This document shows, piece after piece, positions 1 through 10,442 of a stretch of DNA of 49,732 nucleotides. The translations under genes and the position numbers were made by a program. The stretch comes from Thermoplasmatales archaeon (GTDB taxonomy: Archaea > Thermoplasmatota > Thermoplasmata > Thermoplasmatales > Thermoplasmataceae). Each line of letters opens with the position of its first letter. Within the stretch, counting starts at the first letter, position 1. The notes beneath the pieces are model-generated. The model worked only from the letters and a program-made list of their open reading frames with translations. It was not told the DNA's origin and did not search any database. Where the stretch lies: contig DAHWLW010000082.1 in NCBI GenBank assembly GCA_027343465.1, positions 1 through 49,732 of the forward strand, read 5' to 3'.

Positions 1-22
1 CTATTCCTATTATTTTCGACAT
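1..22 (-). CDS. dnaK: DnaK (Hsp70), 5' end only; runs off the window edge
   Basis: Minus strand from 22 reads ATG TCG AAA ATA ATA GGA ATA G = MSKIIGI(D), the typical DnaK N-terminus, 2 nt after the grpE stop. Confidence 0.85.
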
Positions 23-24
23 AT

Positions 25-567
25 TTAATCACCTTTTTTTCCTACTACCACTTTTGAAGTCCTCAGGACCTCATCATTGAGCTTGTATCCCTTCTGATAT
101 TCTTCCTGAATTATACCATCCTCTTTAGCATTTACTACTGCTACAGCTTCATGCAGAAACGGATCGAACTTCTCACCTTTTGCAGGTATTTCTCTGAGGC
201 CGTATTTCTCAAGCACCTTCAAGAGTGATGTTCTAAGTGCCCTTAGATTGTCTGCCTCCTTGGATGAACCGATAGCAGAATCCAGTGCATCTACCACTGG
301 AAGAATATTCCTGATTACATCGTGTGAAGCATTCAGGGTAATCCGGGAAATCTCTTTCTCCTTTGCTCTGGAGTAATTCTCCATCTCTGCTCTCTGCCTC
401 AGAGTGAGATTTTCATAATCCTTTATCTTTGCATTGAGAGATTCAATTGTTTCTTTAAATTGTGAAGCGTCTGTTTTCCTCATTTCTGCGCCATATTTTT
501 TTGAAAGCTCAATTTCATACTTTAAGGGTGAACTTAACCTCTGGCTTATTGTTGTCCGGGAATACAT
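25..567 (-). CDS. grpE: Nucleotide exchange factor GrpE
   Basis: Motifs RAEMENY, LPVVDAL, FDPFLHEAV, QKGYKLNDEVLR; directly upstream of dnaK. Confidence 0.97.
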   Translation of the reverse strand: MYSRTTISQRLSSPLKYEIELSKKYGAEMRKTDASQFKETIESLNAKIKDYENLTLRQRAEMENYSRAKEKEISRITLNASHDVIRNILPVVDALDSAIGSSKEADNLRALRTSLLKVLEKYGLREIPAKGEKFDPFLHEAVAVVNAKEDGIIQEEYQKGYKLNDEVLRTSKVVVGKKGD

Positions 568-606
568 TCTGTAAGTAAATTTGTTCTTCTATATAAATAC
601 ATAGCT

Positions 607-1500
607 TCAGACACTTATTTTCTCCAATACCATTATGTGCCTTGTAAGTGAACGGTGCACTCTAAAGCTCACAGTTTTCAATATATGCAGGTTTCCTGGA
701 ATTGTTAAGAGAGATGGATCATTGATCATCAAGACCAGCCTTCCTTTCTCCTTTAGAAATCCGGATATTCTGGAAAGTGCCCCGGTGTAGAATACCTTAA
801 AATCTCTGTCCGAAACAAGGGAATTGCGGCCGTAAGGAAAATCCGTAACCACAGCATCGACTTTTCTCCCTGGGTCAAAGGAGAGTATATCTGAGTTAAA
901 TATGCTGAAATCTCTTATTCCGTAATATTTCAGGTTCAGTTTTGTCCCGGATGTCATTGCCAGTGAGAAATCATTGCCCATAATCCTTCGTCCCATGAGT
1001 GCTGCCTCAATAAGTATGCCTCCTGTTCCGCAGAAAGGGTCCAGAACAAGATCACCAGATTTTGTTGCTGAAATGTTAATCATAAGCCTTGCAGTTCTTG
1101 GGGACAGCGAGATGGGTGAAAAGAATGGCCTCAAAGGTGCCCTTCTCTCAAGGCTGCTAAGCTGAGTATTATTCCATTTTTCAATGCATATATACCACCT
1201 GTCAGCATGATATGCCCTTACAATAAAATCAGGAGAACTAAAGTCGATCCTCCCCTTTCCATTTAACAGTTCACCGATTACTGTTTCCTGAGAGGAATCA
1301 TGACATTTTCTGTAATCTTTAACCCTTACATAGAATTTACCAGAGGGCAATGTAAGATAACAAGCGTCATTTATATTCTCTCCTGACCACAGAATTGAGG
1401 ACAACCTCCTGATCGAACTTGCGCTGGTTAAACCACTGAACTCTCCAACGCCAGTAAAAAAATTATCATTGATCGTCTGAATCGAGAAGTCTTGGGTCAA
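607..1500 (-). CDS. trm11: tRNA (guanine-10-N2) methyltransferase, Trm11/TrmG10 family; true start probably further upstream
   Basis: RPFFSPISLSPRTAR, SAM motif LDPFCGTGGILIEA, TDFPYG; the frame stays open about 25 codons upstream of the called TTG. Confidence 0.88.
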   Translation of the reverse strand: MTQDFSIQTINDNFFTGVGEFSGLTSASSIRRLSSILWSGENINDACYLTLPSGKFYVRVKDYRKCHDSSQETVIGELLNGKGRIDFSSPDFIVRAYHADRWYICIEKWNNTQLSSLERRAPLRPFFSPISLSPRTARLMINISATKSGDLVLDPFCGTGGILIEAALMGRRIMGNDFSLAMTSGTKLNLKYYGIRDFSIFNSDILSFDPGRKVDAVVTDFPYGRNSLVSDRDFKVFYTGALSRISGFLKEKGRLVLMINDPSLLTIPGNLHILKTVSFRVHRSLTRHIMVLEKISV

Positions 1501-1588
1501 ACTTGATAACGTCTCTATCTCATACCTGTAAGCAGAAGGAAAATCCCCATATATCTCTGCGAAAAAATTCCAAAATTACCACTTTTTC

Positions 1589-1900
1589 TTATTCTGCTTT
1601 GGCCTTTTTTGGCTCCTTCTGTTTGATTTCTTTCTGAAGATCAGCCTCTATTGTTTCATACAATTTCCCGAGTTTTTTAATAGAGCGCTTCAGTGCAGCC
1701 TGTGGTTTTCCACTCTTGACTTTTATGAAGATCTTTGGATTATCAATCTTTGGATGCTTGATGAAGTATCTTGCCTCCTTAACCTGTTCATCCTGAAGTA
1801 TCTCGTCTATTAATGGTCTCAACAGAGTGTTGTCATAATTTAGCATTTCAAGTGTAATACTGTCCTTTCCCTTATCAATTACCTTAAAGGAACACTCCAT
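1589..1900 (-). CDS. rpoL: RNA polymerase subunit L (Rpo11)
   Basis: DNTLLRPL, ARYFIKHP, PQAALKRS; start moved to ATG 1900 because a TATA-like TTAATATA lies at about 1921-1928. Confidence 0.9.
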   Translation of the reverse strand: MECSFKVIDKGKDSITLEMLNYDNTLLRPLIDEILQDEQVKEARYFIKHPKIDNPKIFIKVKSGKPQAALKRSIKKLGKLYETIEADLQKEIKQKEPKKAKAE

Positions 1901-2164
1901 GGGGGAGAATCGGCTGCACATATATTAATCATGATGCACCCTGATGAATTCTTGAATTACAGTAACAACTGCTCAATGTAGGGAAGTGTGCTAACTTTTG
2001 GTTCCATTTGATCATTCTCTGAGAAAACTACAAATAACAAGTTACGATAAAAGTGCGTGAAAAGGGGCTCATTAAATGATTCGGAAATCAGAAAAAGTCG
2101 AGTTATTTTACTCAATTACTCTTTGAGCCCATTGGTCAAAAATTTCAATGGAAGTGAATCCTAG

Positions 2165-3304
2165 ATGGCTACACCTAAAAAAGTTGTAATAGTAGGCGAT
2201 GGAACTGCGGGAATTGCAGCTGCTAACAAGCTGAGATTCTCTACCACCTTAAGTGAACTTGAAGTTACTGTTGTTGGAAACGCATCCAGACATTTCTACA
2301 AGGCGGATGGGGTGCTTATTCCATTCGGCTACAGGAATTACAGAAAAAGCGTCAGACCAACCAACTTTCTCCTTAACTATGGAATTGATTACATCAAAGA
2401 TGATGTGATCCGGATAGATGTAAAGCAGAGGGCCGTATTCTTAAGATCCGGCAGGTCCATGGTAGCAGATTACCTCATAATTGCTTCTGGAAACAGAAAT
2501 GCGCCTGAGGAACTTCCAGGATACGAAGGAGAGGCAAAACATTTCTTCGACCTCCAGCATTCACTTGAAATCAGAGAATATATGAAAAGCTTCAATGGCG
2601 GCCAGATAGTTGTTGGGTCCTCCAACAGAAGTGATGCCTATTTTCCCACCCTTGCAGAGTTTTCACTTTTAATGAAGGATTATATTAAAGAGCATTCGCT
2701 CGATGGAAAGAGCCCTGTTGTTTTTCTTACACCTAATGATGAAAATTCTTTCAGCAAATTTGCGTCATTGCTTTCCCCCATCATGGAAAAGTGCGGCATA
2801 GAGGTACATAAGAAAGCTGAAATAACATCTGTTGACAGCAAGAACAAGGAAGTTGTTCTTTCAGATGGCCAGAAAGTCAAGTACAATTTGCTGGTGGCAT
2901 CTCCACCAATGAGGGGGAGAGGGTTAATATCTGACATTTCTGCTGTTGATGAGTACGGATATGCCAAAGTTGATCCAAAGAATCTAACTGTGGGCGGTTA
3001 TGACGATACCTATGCAATAGGTGATGCACAGAGGAATACAATATTCCGCTCAGCAGTGTCTGCGCACAGGCAGGCAATGTTTGTCTCCTCGAGAATAGTG
3101 GCAGATTGTGTTTCAGGACTGTCAGAGCCAGAATACAGGGACTCAACACATGGAATAATCATTACAGGCAAGGACAAGGCGGCTTCTTATGATGGGAACG
3201 CTTCTGGAGATATTTCAATGGGCCCAGAGAGTCCCGGGAATTTTCTTATAAGGAATTATTCCGCAGATACTTACTTCTCATCTATATTAAGGGGGATGAT
3301 CTGA
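2165..3304 (+). CDS. Sulfide:quinone oxidoreductase-like FAD-dependent oxidoreductase lacking the catalytic cysteines
   Basis: Rossmann motif VVIVGDGTAG, DYLIIASG, YAIGDA; followed by a DUF1641-like gene, as SQR homologues often are. Confidence 0.8.
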   Translation: MATPKKVVIVGDGTAGIAAANKLRFSTTLSELEVTVVGNASRHFYKADGVLIPFGYRNYRKSVRPTNFLLNYGIDYIKDDVIRIDVKQRAVFLRSGRSMVADYLIIASGNRNAPEELPGYEGEAKHFFDLQHSLEIREYMKSFNGGQIVVGSSNRSDAYFPTLAEFSLLMKDYIKEHSLDGKSPVVFLTPNDENSFSKFASLLSPIMEKCGIEVHKKAEITSVDSKNKEVVLSDGQKVKYNLLVASPPMRGRGLISDISAVDEYGYAKVDPKNLTVGGYDDTYAIGDAQRNTIFRSAVSAHRQAMFVSSRIVADCVSGLSEPEYRDSTHGIIITGKDKAASYDGNASGDISMGPESPGNFLIRNYSADTYFSSILRGMI

Positions 3305-3763
3305 ATGTCAGAAGAACAGAAACAGAAGGAATTTCAGGGACAGCCTCAGGATAACATAGAGTTATTTCTGAAAGAAATTATGGAAAATACCGGCCAGCTT
3401 GAGGCTGCAATCAAAGTAATAGTTAACCTTAAGGAAACTGGTATACTTGACAGCCTGGAACACCTGTCGCATCTTGTGAGCTCCAAGGAATTTCTGCATG
3501 GAGCCCAGAAAGCCATGAATCTTCTATCAGCCCTCGTACATTCTATGTCCAGTGAAATGTCCTCTAACGCAATAAATTCTATACTCTATAATTCGGAGGC
3601 TATATGGGAAGGCATGGTAGTAGGTGCAAAAAACCCTGAGGCAACTTCCTTCCTGAGGTTGTATGCCATGCTGAAGGACCCGGAAACTTCTGCTGGTCTT
3701 ACCGCAGTACTTAACGCTCTTAAAGCCATTGGAATGGCGTTGAAGAAAGTCCCGGAAGACTGA
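3305..3763 (+). CDS. DUF1641-like helical protein
   Basis: LKETGILD and C-terminal LYAMLKDPETSAGL...LKAIG pattern; abuts the SQR-like gene. Confidence 0.75.
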   Translation: MSEEQKQKEFQGQPQDNIELFLKEIMENTGQLEAAIKVIVNLKETGILDSLEHLSHLVSSKEFLHGAQKAMNLLSALVHSMSSEMSSNAINSILYNSEAIWEGMVVGAKNPEATSFLRLYAMLKDPETSAGLTAVLNALKAIGMALKKVPED

Positions 3764-3768
3764 TAAAA

Positions 3769-4227
3769 ATGTCTTCACTAGAGGTAAATTTCAAGCTACA
3801 GCGGAACAAAGGCCTGGTATCTTCAGATCCTGAAATGGAGGAAGTTGTTATAAAAGAACCATCCGCAGATAATACCCGGATGTATTCCCCAACACAGTTT
3901 CTGCTATTCGGGATGGCTGGATGTACCAGTGGTGATGTCATTTCAATTCTTGCCAAGATGAGACAGAATTACACAGATTTCAGAGTAAAAGTGAGAGCGG
4001 AACGTGAAGAGGAGCATCCCAAGGTAGTTAAATGGGCTGACATCCATTTCATGTTCGAAGGTGACATTGATCCAGACAAGGTAAGGAAAGCAATTAACCT
4101 CTCTCTAACCAAGTATTGCAGTGTTTCCATACTTGCTATACGTGGTGGAACCGATCTAAGGTATAGCCTCACAATAAACGGAAAAAGTATTGATAAAGAG
4201 AAAAAACCAGACCCTTCCCTTGCATAA
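3769..4227 (+). CDS. OsmC/YhfA family protein
   Basis: SPTQFLLFGMAGCT and SLTKYCSVS, with both family cysteines. Confidence 0.9.
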   Translation: MSSLEVNFKLQRNKGLVSSDPEMEEVVIKEPSADNTRMYSPTQFLLFGMAGCTSGDVISILAKMRQNYTDFRVKVRAEREEEHPKVVKWADIHFMFEGDIDPDKVRKAINLSLTKYCSVSILAIRGGTDLRYSLTINGKSIDKEKKPDPSLA

Positions 4228-4286
4228 CATTTAATCTCTGTGGACCCGGCTCGGTTCAATTTCTTCTTCAGAGAGATATTCTTGTA

Positions 4287-5468
4287 TTACTCGAAATTAA
4301 GTGCAATGAGCACATGTGAGAGTGTTCCATACTTCAGAATATCCTCATCTGCGGCAAACTTTGACGAATGATTAGGGAATACCAGGTTTTTTTCTTCATT
4401 CCTTGTTCCCATAAAATAGTACGTACCGGGCGCTTCCTCCAGGAAACGCGACACATCCTCTCCACCCATGATAGGGCCAATGTCAATTACCTTGAATTGC
4501 GGAATAGTTTTCAGAATCTCTATAACTTTTTCAGTCGAAGCGGGATCGTTATATGTTACTGGATAGGCATTTTCCTTGAAAGATATGTGGCCTTTCGCAC
4601 CGAATCCCTCTATTATTCTGGGAACAATTTCACTCATCTTCCTTTTGACTTCTGCCCTCATTGTCTCGTCCAGAGTTCTTATGGTTCCCTCCATGTGCAT
4701 TTTTTCCGGTATTATGTTATCCTTCGTTCCACTTGAAACCATACAGACAGATATAACGAGAGGTTTGACCTGATTCATGAATCTTGCCCTTATTCCATAG
4801 ATTGAATTGATCACCTGTGCACCGATGAAAATAGGATCTATGGCCTCATTTGGCTCTGAACCGTGACCACCTTTCCCTATTATTTCTATTTTAAAGAGAT
4901 CAGGGGCCGCCATTACCGGGCCGGATCTTATTGCGATAGTCCCCGATGGTGAATTACTCATAACATGAATGCCAAATACGTGATCCACATGCGGATTTTC
5001 CAGTGCACCGGCCTTTATCATCGGTAGTGCACCTCCCTCCCCTCCATCCTCTTCGGCTGGCTGGAAGAGAAACTTGACATTTTGTTTCAGTTCGTTTCGA
5101 TGTTTTGCGAGTATTTTAGCCGCACCAAGAAGCATGGCAACATGAGAGTCATGTCCACAGGCATGCATCACCCCGGGAACTTTTGAAGAGAATGGGAGCC
5201 CAGTCTCCTCAGTGACAGGCAATGCATCCATATCTGCTCTCAGGCCAATAGTGCGATCTCCATTTCCTCCTTTTATCAGCCCAACTACACCATGGCCTCC
5301 AACTCCCTTTTTGAACTCTATGCCAAACTCCTCCAGCTTTCTGGCTATAAAAGACTCTGTCTCCGATTCATGGAAAGAAAGTTCCGGATGCTCATGAATA
5401 TGCCTTCTAATGGCAACTATCTCGTCATTTATCTCCTCTATCTCTTTCAGAAGGTTCTCTCCTTTCAT
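4287..5468 (-). CDS. M20D family amidohydrolase/carboxypeptidase
   Basis: HEHPELSFHE, LRADMDALP, MHACGHD, FQPAEE, GKGGHGS, GGED. Confidence 0.95.
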   Translation of the reverse strand: MKGENLLKEIEEINDEIVAIRRHIHEHPELSFHESETESFIARKLEEFGIEFKKGVGGHGVVGLIKGGNGDRTIGLRADMDALPVTEETGLPFSSKVPGVMHACGHDSHVAMLLGAAKILAKHRNELKQNVKFLFQPAEEDGGEGGALPMIKAGALENPHVDHVFGIHVMSNSPSGTIAIRSGPVMAAPDLFKIEIIGKGGHGSEPNEAIDPIFIGAQVINSIYGIRARFMNQVKPLVISVCMVSSGTKDNIIPEKMHMEGTIRTLDETMRAEVKRKMSEIVPRIIEGFGAKGHISFKENAYPVTYNDPASTEKVIEILKTIPQFKVIDIGPIMGGEDVSRFLEEAPGTYYFMGTRNEEKNLVFPNHSSKFAADEDILKYGTLSHVLIALNFE

Positions 5469-5571
5469 ATTTCAATTAGGAATAATTAATATTTATAATA
5501 TTGGATGAGCCTGGCAGTTGTTAAAAGGTGAAAATCTCAATGATATCTGTGGAGATTACTTTGAATTGCAA

Positions 5572-6597
5572 TCAAATGGATTTCGGGTATGAACTTTTGA
5601 GGCCATTTCCTGTAAGTATTACCACAGGTTTCAATCCCTTCAGTTTCAGGGCACCTGCGTAAGCTACTGCAGAACTATATTCAATAAGTATACCTGACCG
5701 CGCCAGCATTTCTCTTGAACTTATGATCTCATTCTCACTTACCATGAGCACCTTTCCATAACCTTTCAGGGATTCATACATCTCATCCAGAAGAGGAGGC
5801 GACTGTGAGACAAGAGCATCGGCTACAGAAACATATGACCTGGGAGGATTGTATTGCAATCCCTCCATCCTGTGATAAAGCGGGGAGACAAATTCGGTCT
5901 GTACGGCTATAATCTGTGGTATCCTGGAAATTTCCCCTGAGTTGAGAAGATGCCTGAATCCGTATATCACACCGAGAAGCAGTGTGCCAGCTGACACAGG
6001 CATCACAACCGCATCAGGAACATGCCAGTTCAATTGTGTCATGATTTCGTAGCTAAGCATCCTGATCCCATCTCTGAATTCAGGCCTGAGAACATGGCTT
6101 GCATAGAATCCAGGGGCCCTTTTGCAGGCTTCCATAACGTTTTCCCTCGACCCTTGAACCGTATGGATTTTTGCACCGTAGCTCTTTATCTGGTTTATCT
6201 TGGGCTCACTGGCATTTTGGGGGACATATATATTCGGTTTAAAACCTGCCGCTGAGGCATACGCTGCTATGGAGGCCCCAGCATTTCCAGATGAATCCTC
6301 GTTTATATCTGATCCCTCAGGAATTTTTCCAAGAAGGCTGGATATGAGGGTGATTGTGCCTCTATCCTTGTATGAATATGTGGGTGAAAAATAGTCAAGT
6401 TTCAGGAAAAATTGCTGTCTTTCTATAAGAGGAGTAAGAGTTTCACCCAGGCTAACCCATTTTGAAATATATGGAAAATTGCTTTTCAAGTTTGAACTGA
6501 ATTGAAAATCATGGACCGGTCTGAAAAGACCGCCACAAGAGCAGTAGAGATCAAAGTTATTGCGTTCCTTCCGACACCTGAGGCAGATGAACTTCAT
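5572..6597 (-). CDS. PLP-dependent threonine synthase-like enzyme
   Basis: N-terminal CxxC..CxC knuckle, PTYSYKDRG (PLP lysine), DSSGNAG, ILTGNGLK. Confidence 0.85.
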   Translation of the reverse strand: MKFICLRCRKERNNFDLYCSCGGLFRPVHDFQFSSNLKSNFPYISKWVSLGETLTPLIERQQFFLKLDYFSPTYSYKDRGTITLISSLLGKIPEGSDINEDSSGNAGASIAAYASAAGFKPNIYVPQNASEPKINQIKSYGAKIHTVQGSRENVMEACKRAPGFYASHVLRPEFRDGIRMLSYEIMTQLNWHVPDAVVMPVSAGTLLLGVIYGFRHLLNSGEISRIPQIIAVQTEFVSPLYHRMEGLQYNPPRSYVSVADALVSQSPPLLDEMYESLKGYGKVLMVSENEIISSREMLARSGILIEYSSAVAYAGALKLKGLKPVVILTGNGLKSSYPKSI

Positions 6598-6602
6598 AAA
6601 AA

Positions 6603-8807
6603 TTAAAGAGAGGCGTAATATGCCTCATCGTATGGCTCAGGTTTCAGCCCTTTCCTCTCCCTTATCTTTGCCACAATATCTTTCTGAAGCTCAGATGGCA
6701 CTCTCTGATATCCATAGTTTTCAGAACTCCAGAGGACTTTTCCACCCGTAGCACTCCTTATTGCAGAGGCGAAACCAAACATTCCGGAAACTGGAACCTT
6801 TGCCACTATAACAAGATCCTCCCCATCCTGGTTCATTTCCTCCACGACACCTCTTCTCTGCTGAATTTCGTTAGTTACAGAACCCATTATATCCTGAGGA
6901 ACGTTGATGAATACCTTTTGCATTGGTTCCATAAGCACCCTCTTTGCCTGAGTCATTGCACCATAAATTGAGTTCCTTCCAGCTGGAATTACCTGAGCTG
7001 GACCCCTGTGAATACTGTCTTCATGAAGCTTTGCGTCTACCAGTCTCGCCTTGATCCCGAAAACTTTCTCATTGGCAAGTGGACCCCTGTTCATGACTTC
7101 ATTGAATGATTCAATCAGAAGTTCCATTGTCTCATCTAGATACTGAATTCCTTTTGTTACGTCAACCATTATATTATTTCCTTCTACCGCTATGAGACCT
7201 CTGGCTTCCTCTCTTGACAGCCCATTCTTTTCCAGGATGTCTATCAGAGCTTTTTTGTCTTTGAATTTTGTTCCCTGAGGGACTGTACCTTCTTTAATAA
7301 GGGCTATTACCTCCTCGGCCAGCGGCTCTACCTCGAAGTAAAACCTGTTGTGTTTGTTTGGTGACTTTCCTTCAAAAGGCCCTCCTTTGTGATCTATGGT
7401 TTCTCTGTAAACTACAAGAGGCTCGGAAGTCTGAACTTCCACCTTGTAATCGTTTTTAACCCTGTATAGAGTGACTTCCAGATGGAGTTCACCCATTCCT
7501 GAAATTAGGTGTTCTCCTGTCTCCTGATTTATTTCAACCTGAATTGAGGGATCAGCCTTTGAAACGCTCCTTAGGACATCTATGAGCTTTGGGAGATCCG
7601 CTGTATGCTTTGCCTCAATGGCAAGTGTAACCACTGGATCTGTGTAATGCATCATTGGTTCGAAAGGATCCATATCTGCATTGGATGAAACCGTGGAGCC
7701 TGCAATGGCCGCCTTAAGGCCAACCACTGCAGCAATGTTTCCTGCATCCATCTGATCGACAGAAATCCTATCAGGACCGACCATCATTGCAAGCAGCTGA
7801 ACCTTGAATTTAGTATTCCCCTGCCCCGCAATGTAAAGTTCGCTGCCTTTCTTGATTGTACCGCTGAAAACTCGGCCTACAGCAATCTCTCCTGCATGGG
7901 GATCAATGATAATTTTGGTTATCATCATACTTACAGGGCCGTAGCTGTTGCATTCTGCCATGGCTTTCCCAATTGGTGATTCTGCATCTCCTCTCCATAT
8001 CTGTGGTATCCTATATTTCTGAGCCTCCTTTGGGTTGGGAAGATGCCTGATAACCATGTTTAGAATGATTTTATGAAGCTGTGCCTTTTTAGCGAGTTCT
8101 TTCTGTTTTCCGTCCCTCACCAGTTCTGCTATATCTTTAAAAGTAACGCCGAATGTCTTCATTGCAGGTACAGATATAGCCCAGTTGTTATATGCAGAAC
8201 CAAAGGCTACCCTTCCGTCCTGAACATTTACCTGCCAGTCCTGGCGGAACTCTGCTGGAGCGTACTTTGCAAGAAGCCTGTTTACGTCCATAATTATTTT
8301 CAGGAAACGCTTCTGCATTTCCTCTCCATTCAGCTTAAGTTCATTTATAAGCCTATCCACCTTATTGATGAACAATACTGGCTTGACTCTTTCCCTGAGT
8401 GCCTGCCTTATAACTGTTTCAGTCTGTGGCATTACTCCTTCCACAGAATCAACCACAATAATACAGCCATCAACGGCCCTCATTGCCCTTGTTACATCTC
8501 CACCAAAATCGACGTGACCAGGGGTATCTATAAGGTTAATCAAATACTCCTTCCCATCAAGTTCATGAACCATTGAGGCAGTAGCAGCGTTTATTGTGAT
8601 TCCTCTTGCCTGTTCCTGTTCATCGAAGTCAAGCATCAACTGTTTTCCAGCCAGATCCTCACTCATCATTCCTGCTCCAGCGATCAGGTTGTCACTCAAT
8701 GTTGTTTTTCCATGATCAATATGGGCTGCGATCCCCATATTCCTAATTCTGTCAGGCAATTCTATAAGTTTCATTGCCTTGGCGATATTGTCCTCTTTTC
8801 GACCCAT
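6603..8807 (-). CDS. fusA: Translation elongation factor 2 (aEF-2)
   Basis: AHIDHGKTT, RGITI, DTPGHVDF, NKVD; diphthamide loop DSIHRGPAQ intact. Confidence 0.99.
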   Translation of the reverse strand: MGRKEDNIAKAMKLIELPDRIRNMGIAAHIDHGKTTLSDNLIAGAGMMSEDLAGKQLMLDFDEQEQARGITINAATASMVHELDGKEYLINLIDTPGHVDFGGDVTRAMRAVDGCIIVVDSVEGVMPQTETVIRQALRERVKPVLFINKVDRLINELKLNGEEMQKRFLKIIMDVNRLLAKYAPAEFRQDWQVNVQDGRVAFGSAYNNWAISVPAMKTFGVTFKDIAELVRDGKQKELAKKAQLHKIILNMVIRHLPNPKEAQKYRIPQIWRGDAESPIGKAMAECNSYGPVSMMITKIIIDPHAGEIAVGRVFSGTIKKGSELYIAGQGNTKFKVQLLAMMVGPDRISVDQMDAGNIAAVVGLKAAIAGSTVSSNADMDPFEPMMHYTDPVVTLAIEAKHTADLPKLIDVLRSVSKADPSIQVEINQETGEHLISGMGELHLEVTLYRVKNDYKVEVQTSEPLVVYRETIDHKGGPFEGKSPNKHNRFYFEVEPLAEEVIALIKEGTVPQGTKFKDKKALIDILEKNGLSREEARGLIAVEGNNIMVDVTKGIQYLDETMELLIESFNEVMNRGPLANEKVFGIKARLVDAKLHEDSIHRGPAQVIPAGRNSIYGAMTQAKRVLMEPMQKVFINVPQDIMGSVTNEIQQRRGVVEEMNQDGEDLVIVAKVPVSGMFGFASAIRSATGGKVLWSSENYGYQRVPSELQKDIVAKIRERKGLKPEPYDEAYYASL

Positions 8808-8900
8808 ATAACACCAACTTTATTTATCGGATATTGAACAGTCTTATATAACAATAATTACATCTTTTCTCGTAATCATTTTTGGCTTTTTTTCAATGTA

Positions 8901-10442
8901 TTAAGCTCCAATATCAGTATCGTGGGCTCCTTTTTCTTCAATAATAAATACTTGATTACTGGATGGTACCTCATAATTAAGTGAAATGTTGGTGCTTATC
9001 CATACGAACGGTAGAGTCACACCCCAAACAAGGAGTGAGAAAAGGAGCTGCTCTGTGGAGCCAAATGGCCTATAGACAATATCAAGAGCTATGGCGGTTA
9101 TGTAGAATACAATTATTGCCAATGTTGTAAACATCATAGTTATGAATTGCAAATAAAGTCTCCCTGCCCTCTCAGACAGCGACTTGAAAACAATGCCTGA
9201 AAGTATCCCACCCGATATAGAAGACAAAGACATTGCTATGAATCCTAAGATAGAAAATGCAGCGTCTGATGTTAATGGTGGATAGTACCATAGAAACATT
9301 AGTATTGAAGATATTAGAATAAGAGAATAAATCACTGGCTTATTCATGGATATTGGCCTTCTTGTGAAAGTCCAGAACCCATAAAATACAAGTATTCCGT
9401 AAAGGAACATTGATATATTTATAAAAGCGAGTACAGGCAGAGACCTTTCAAAACCAAAATATATCGCATACAAACTCAATACCGGAATAAGAACTATAAG
9501 AGCAACGTTCAAATAGACGAACCTATCTGTGGAAGGGAACTTCCACACTTTTTCCAGGAAGATAATGCGCTTTCCTCTGATAAAGTAAAGTGCAAGGAAT
9601 ACATTTGTCATAGCTACTAGGAAAATGCTGAGTGAAATAAGGGGGATAACTGCGCTCAGTAGGAGTGTCGCTACGATTGAGGGAAAAGCAGCCGTTATTC
9701 CCTCGCACTGGCATGAAAGAGCCGTTAGTGCACTGTTAGCAGATCTGCTGAAATTACTAATAGAAGATGAACCGGGATTTTTTGAAAGATGGAATATTAA
9801 AAGGTAGTTTTCAGTCAGGACTGCAGCAAGTGCCGAGAAAAGCACTATTATTGGAAGGCTCACAGTAACAACAAGATACTGGCCATAGAAGATTATTCCG
9901 TTGTAAAAAAGAAATGGCACACCCAATGGGTTTTCATCATCATATATAGAACCAATAAGAAGAGCAAATTCATTTGGATTTAAGTAGAACCTTACTGCAC
10001 CTCCAATGAGGAACATTATGAAGACTGCAATAACAAATATTCCAGTTCTTCTGAAACCATGGGGGAAATCATCTGATATGGATACGTACATCAGATACAG
10101 CAATATTGCAGAAACAACTGGAAAAATAAGCAGGGTAAAATTGCTGGAAATAACCAGTGCAATTCCAATGTACCCTACCATTAGAATGCCGGTAATATAG
10201 GAGAGAATTATTGGATGCTTCCGGTTGATAAACATAATTGCTATCAGCAGGAATAAAGCTAAAAGGAAGGGCTGATAAGTACTGCCAGCAAGTATTGGAT
10301 CTGTGTAAATCCTTGAATCTGCTCCACCAAGGATATACATAAGATAAATGGAAAAAAGAGATAAAAAACCGTAAGCTAATCCCTTCAAAAGTTTTGGTCT
10401 GTAAGCAAGCTGGGATGCCTCATTGTTCTCTGTATTGGCCAT
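8901..10442 (-). CDS. Polytopic membrane protein of unknown function with an SCQCE motif
   Basis: 513 aa with roughly a dozen hydrophobic segments; its only cysteines are in ALTALSCQCEG. Confidence 0.8.
   Translation of the reverse strand: MANTENNEASQLAYRPKLLKGLAYGFLSLFSIYLMYILGGADSRIYTDPILAGSTYQPFLLALFLLIAIMFINRKHPIILSYITGILMVGYIGIALVISSNFTLLIFPVVSAILLYLMYVSISDDFPHGFRRTGIFVIAVFIMFLIGGAVRFYLNPNEFALLIGSIYDDENPLGVPFLFYNGIIFYGQYLVVTVSLPIIVLFSALAAVLTENYLLIFHLSKNPGSSSISNFSRSANSALTALSCQCEGITAAFPSIVATLLLSAVIPLISLSIFLVAMTNVFLALYFIRGKRIIFLEKVWKFPSTDRFVYLNVALIVLIPVLSLYAIYFGFERSLPVLAFINISMFLYGILVFYGFWTFTRRPISMNKPVIYSLILISSILMFLWYYPPLTSDAAFSILGFIAMSLSSISGGILSGIVFKSLSERAGRLYLQFITMMFTTLAIIVFYITAIALDIVYRPFGSTEQLLFSLLVWGVTLPFVWISTNISLNYEVPSSNQVFIIEEKGAHDTDIGA

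Noticed and set aside
1941-2023. Possible box C/D sRNA (TGATGA...CTGA) between rpoL and the SQR-like gene
   Set aside because: The boxes are about 70 nt apart with no internal D'/C' pair or clear terminal stem
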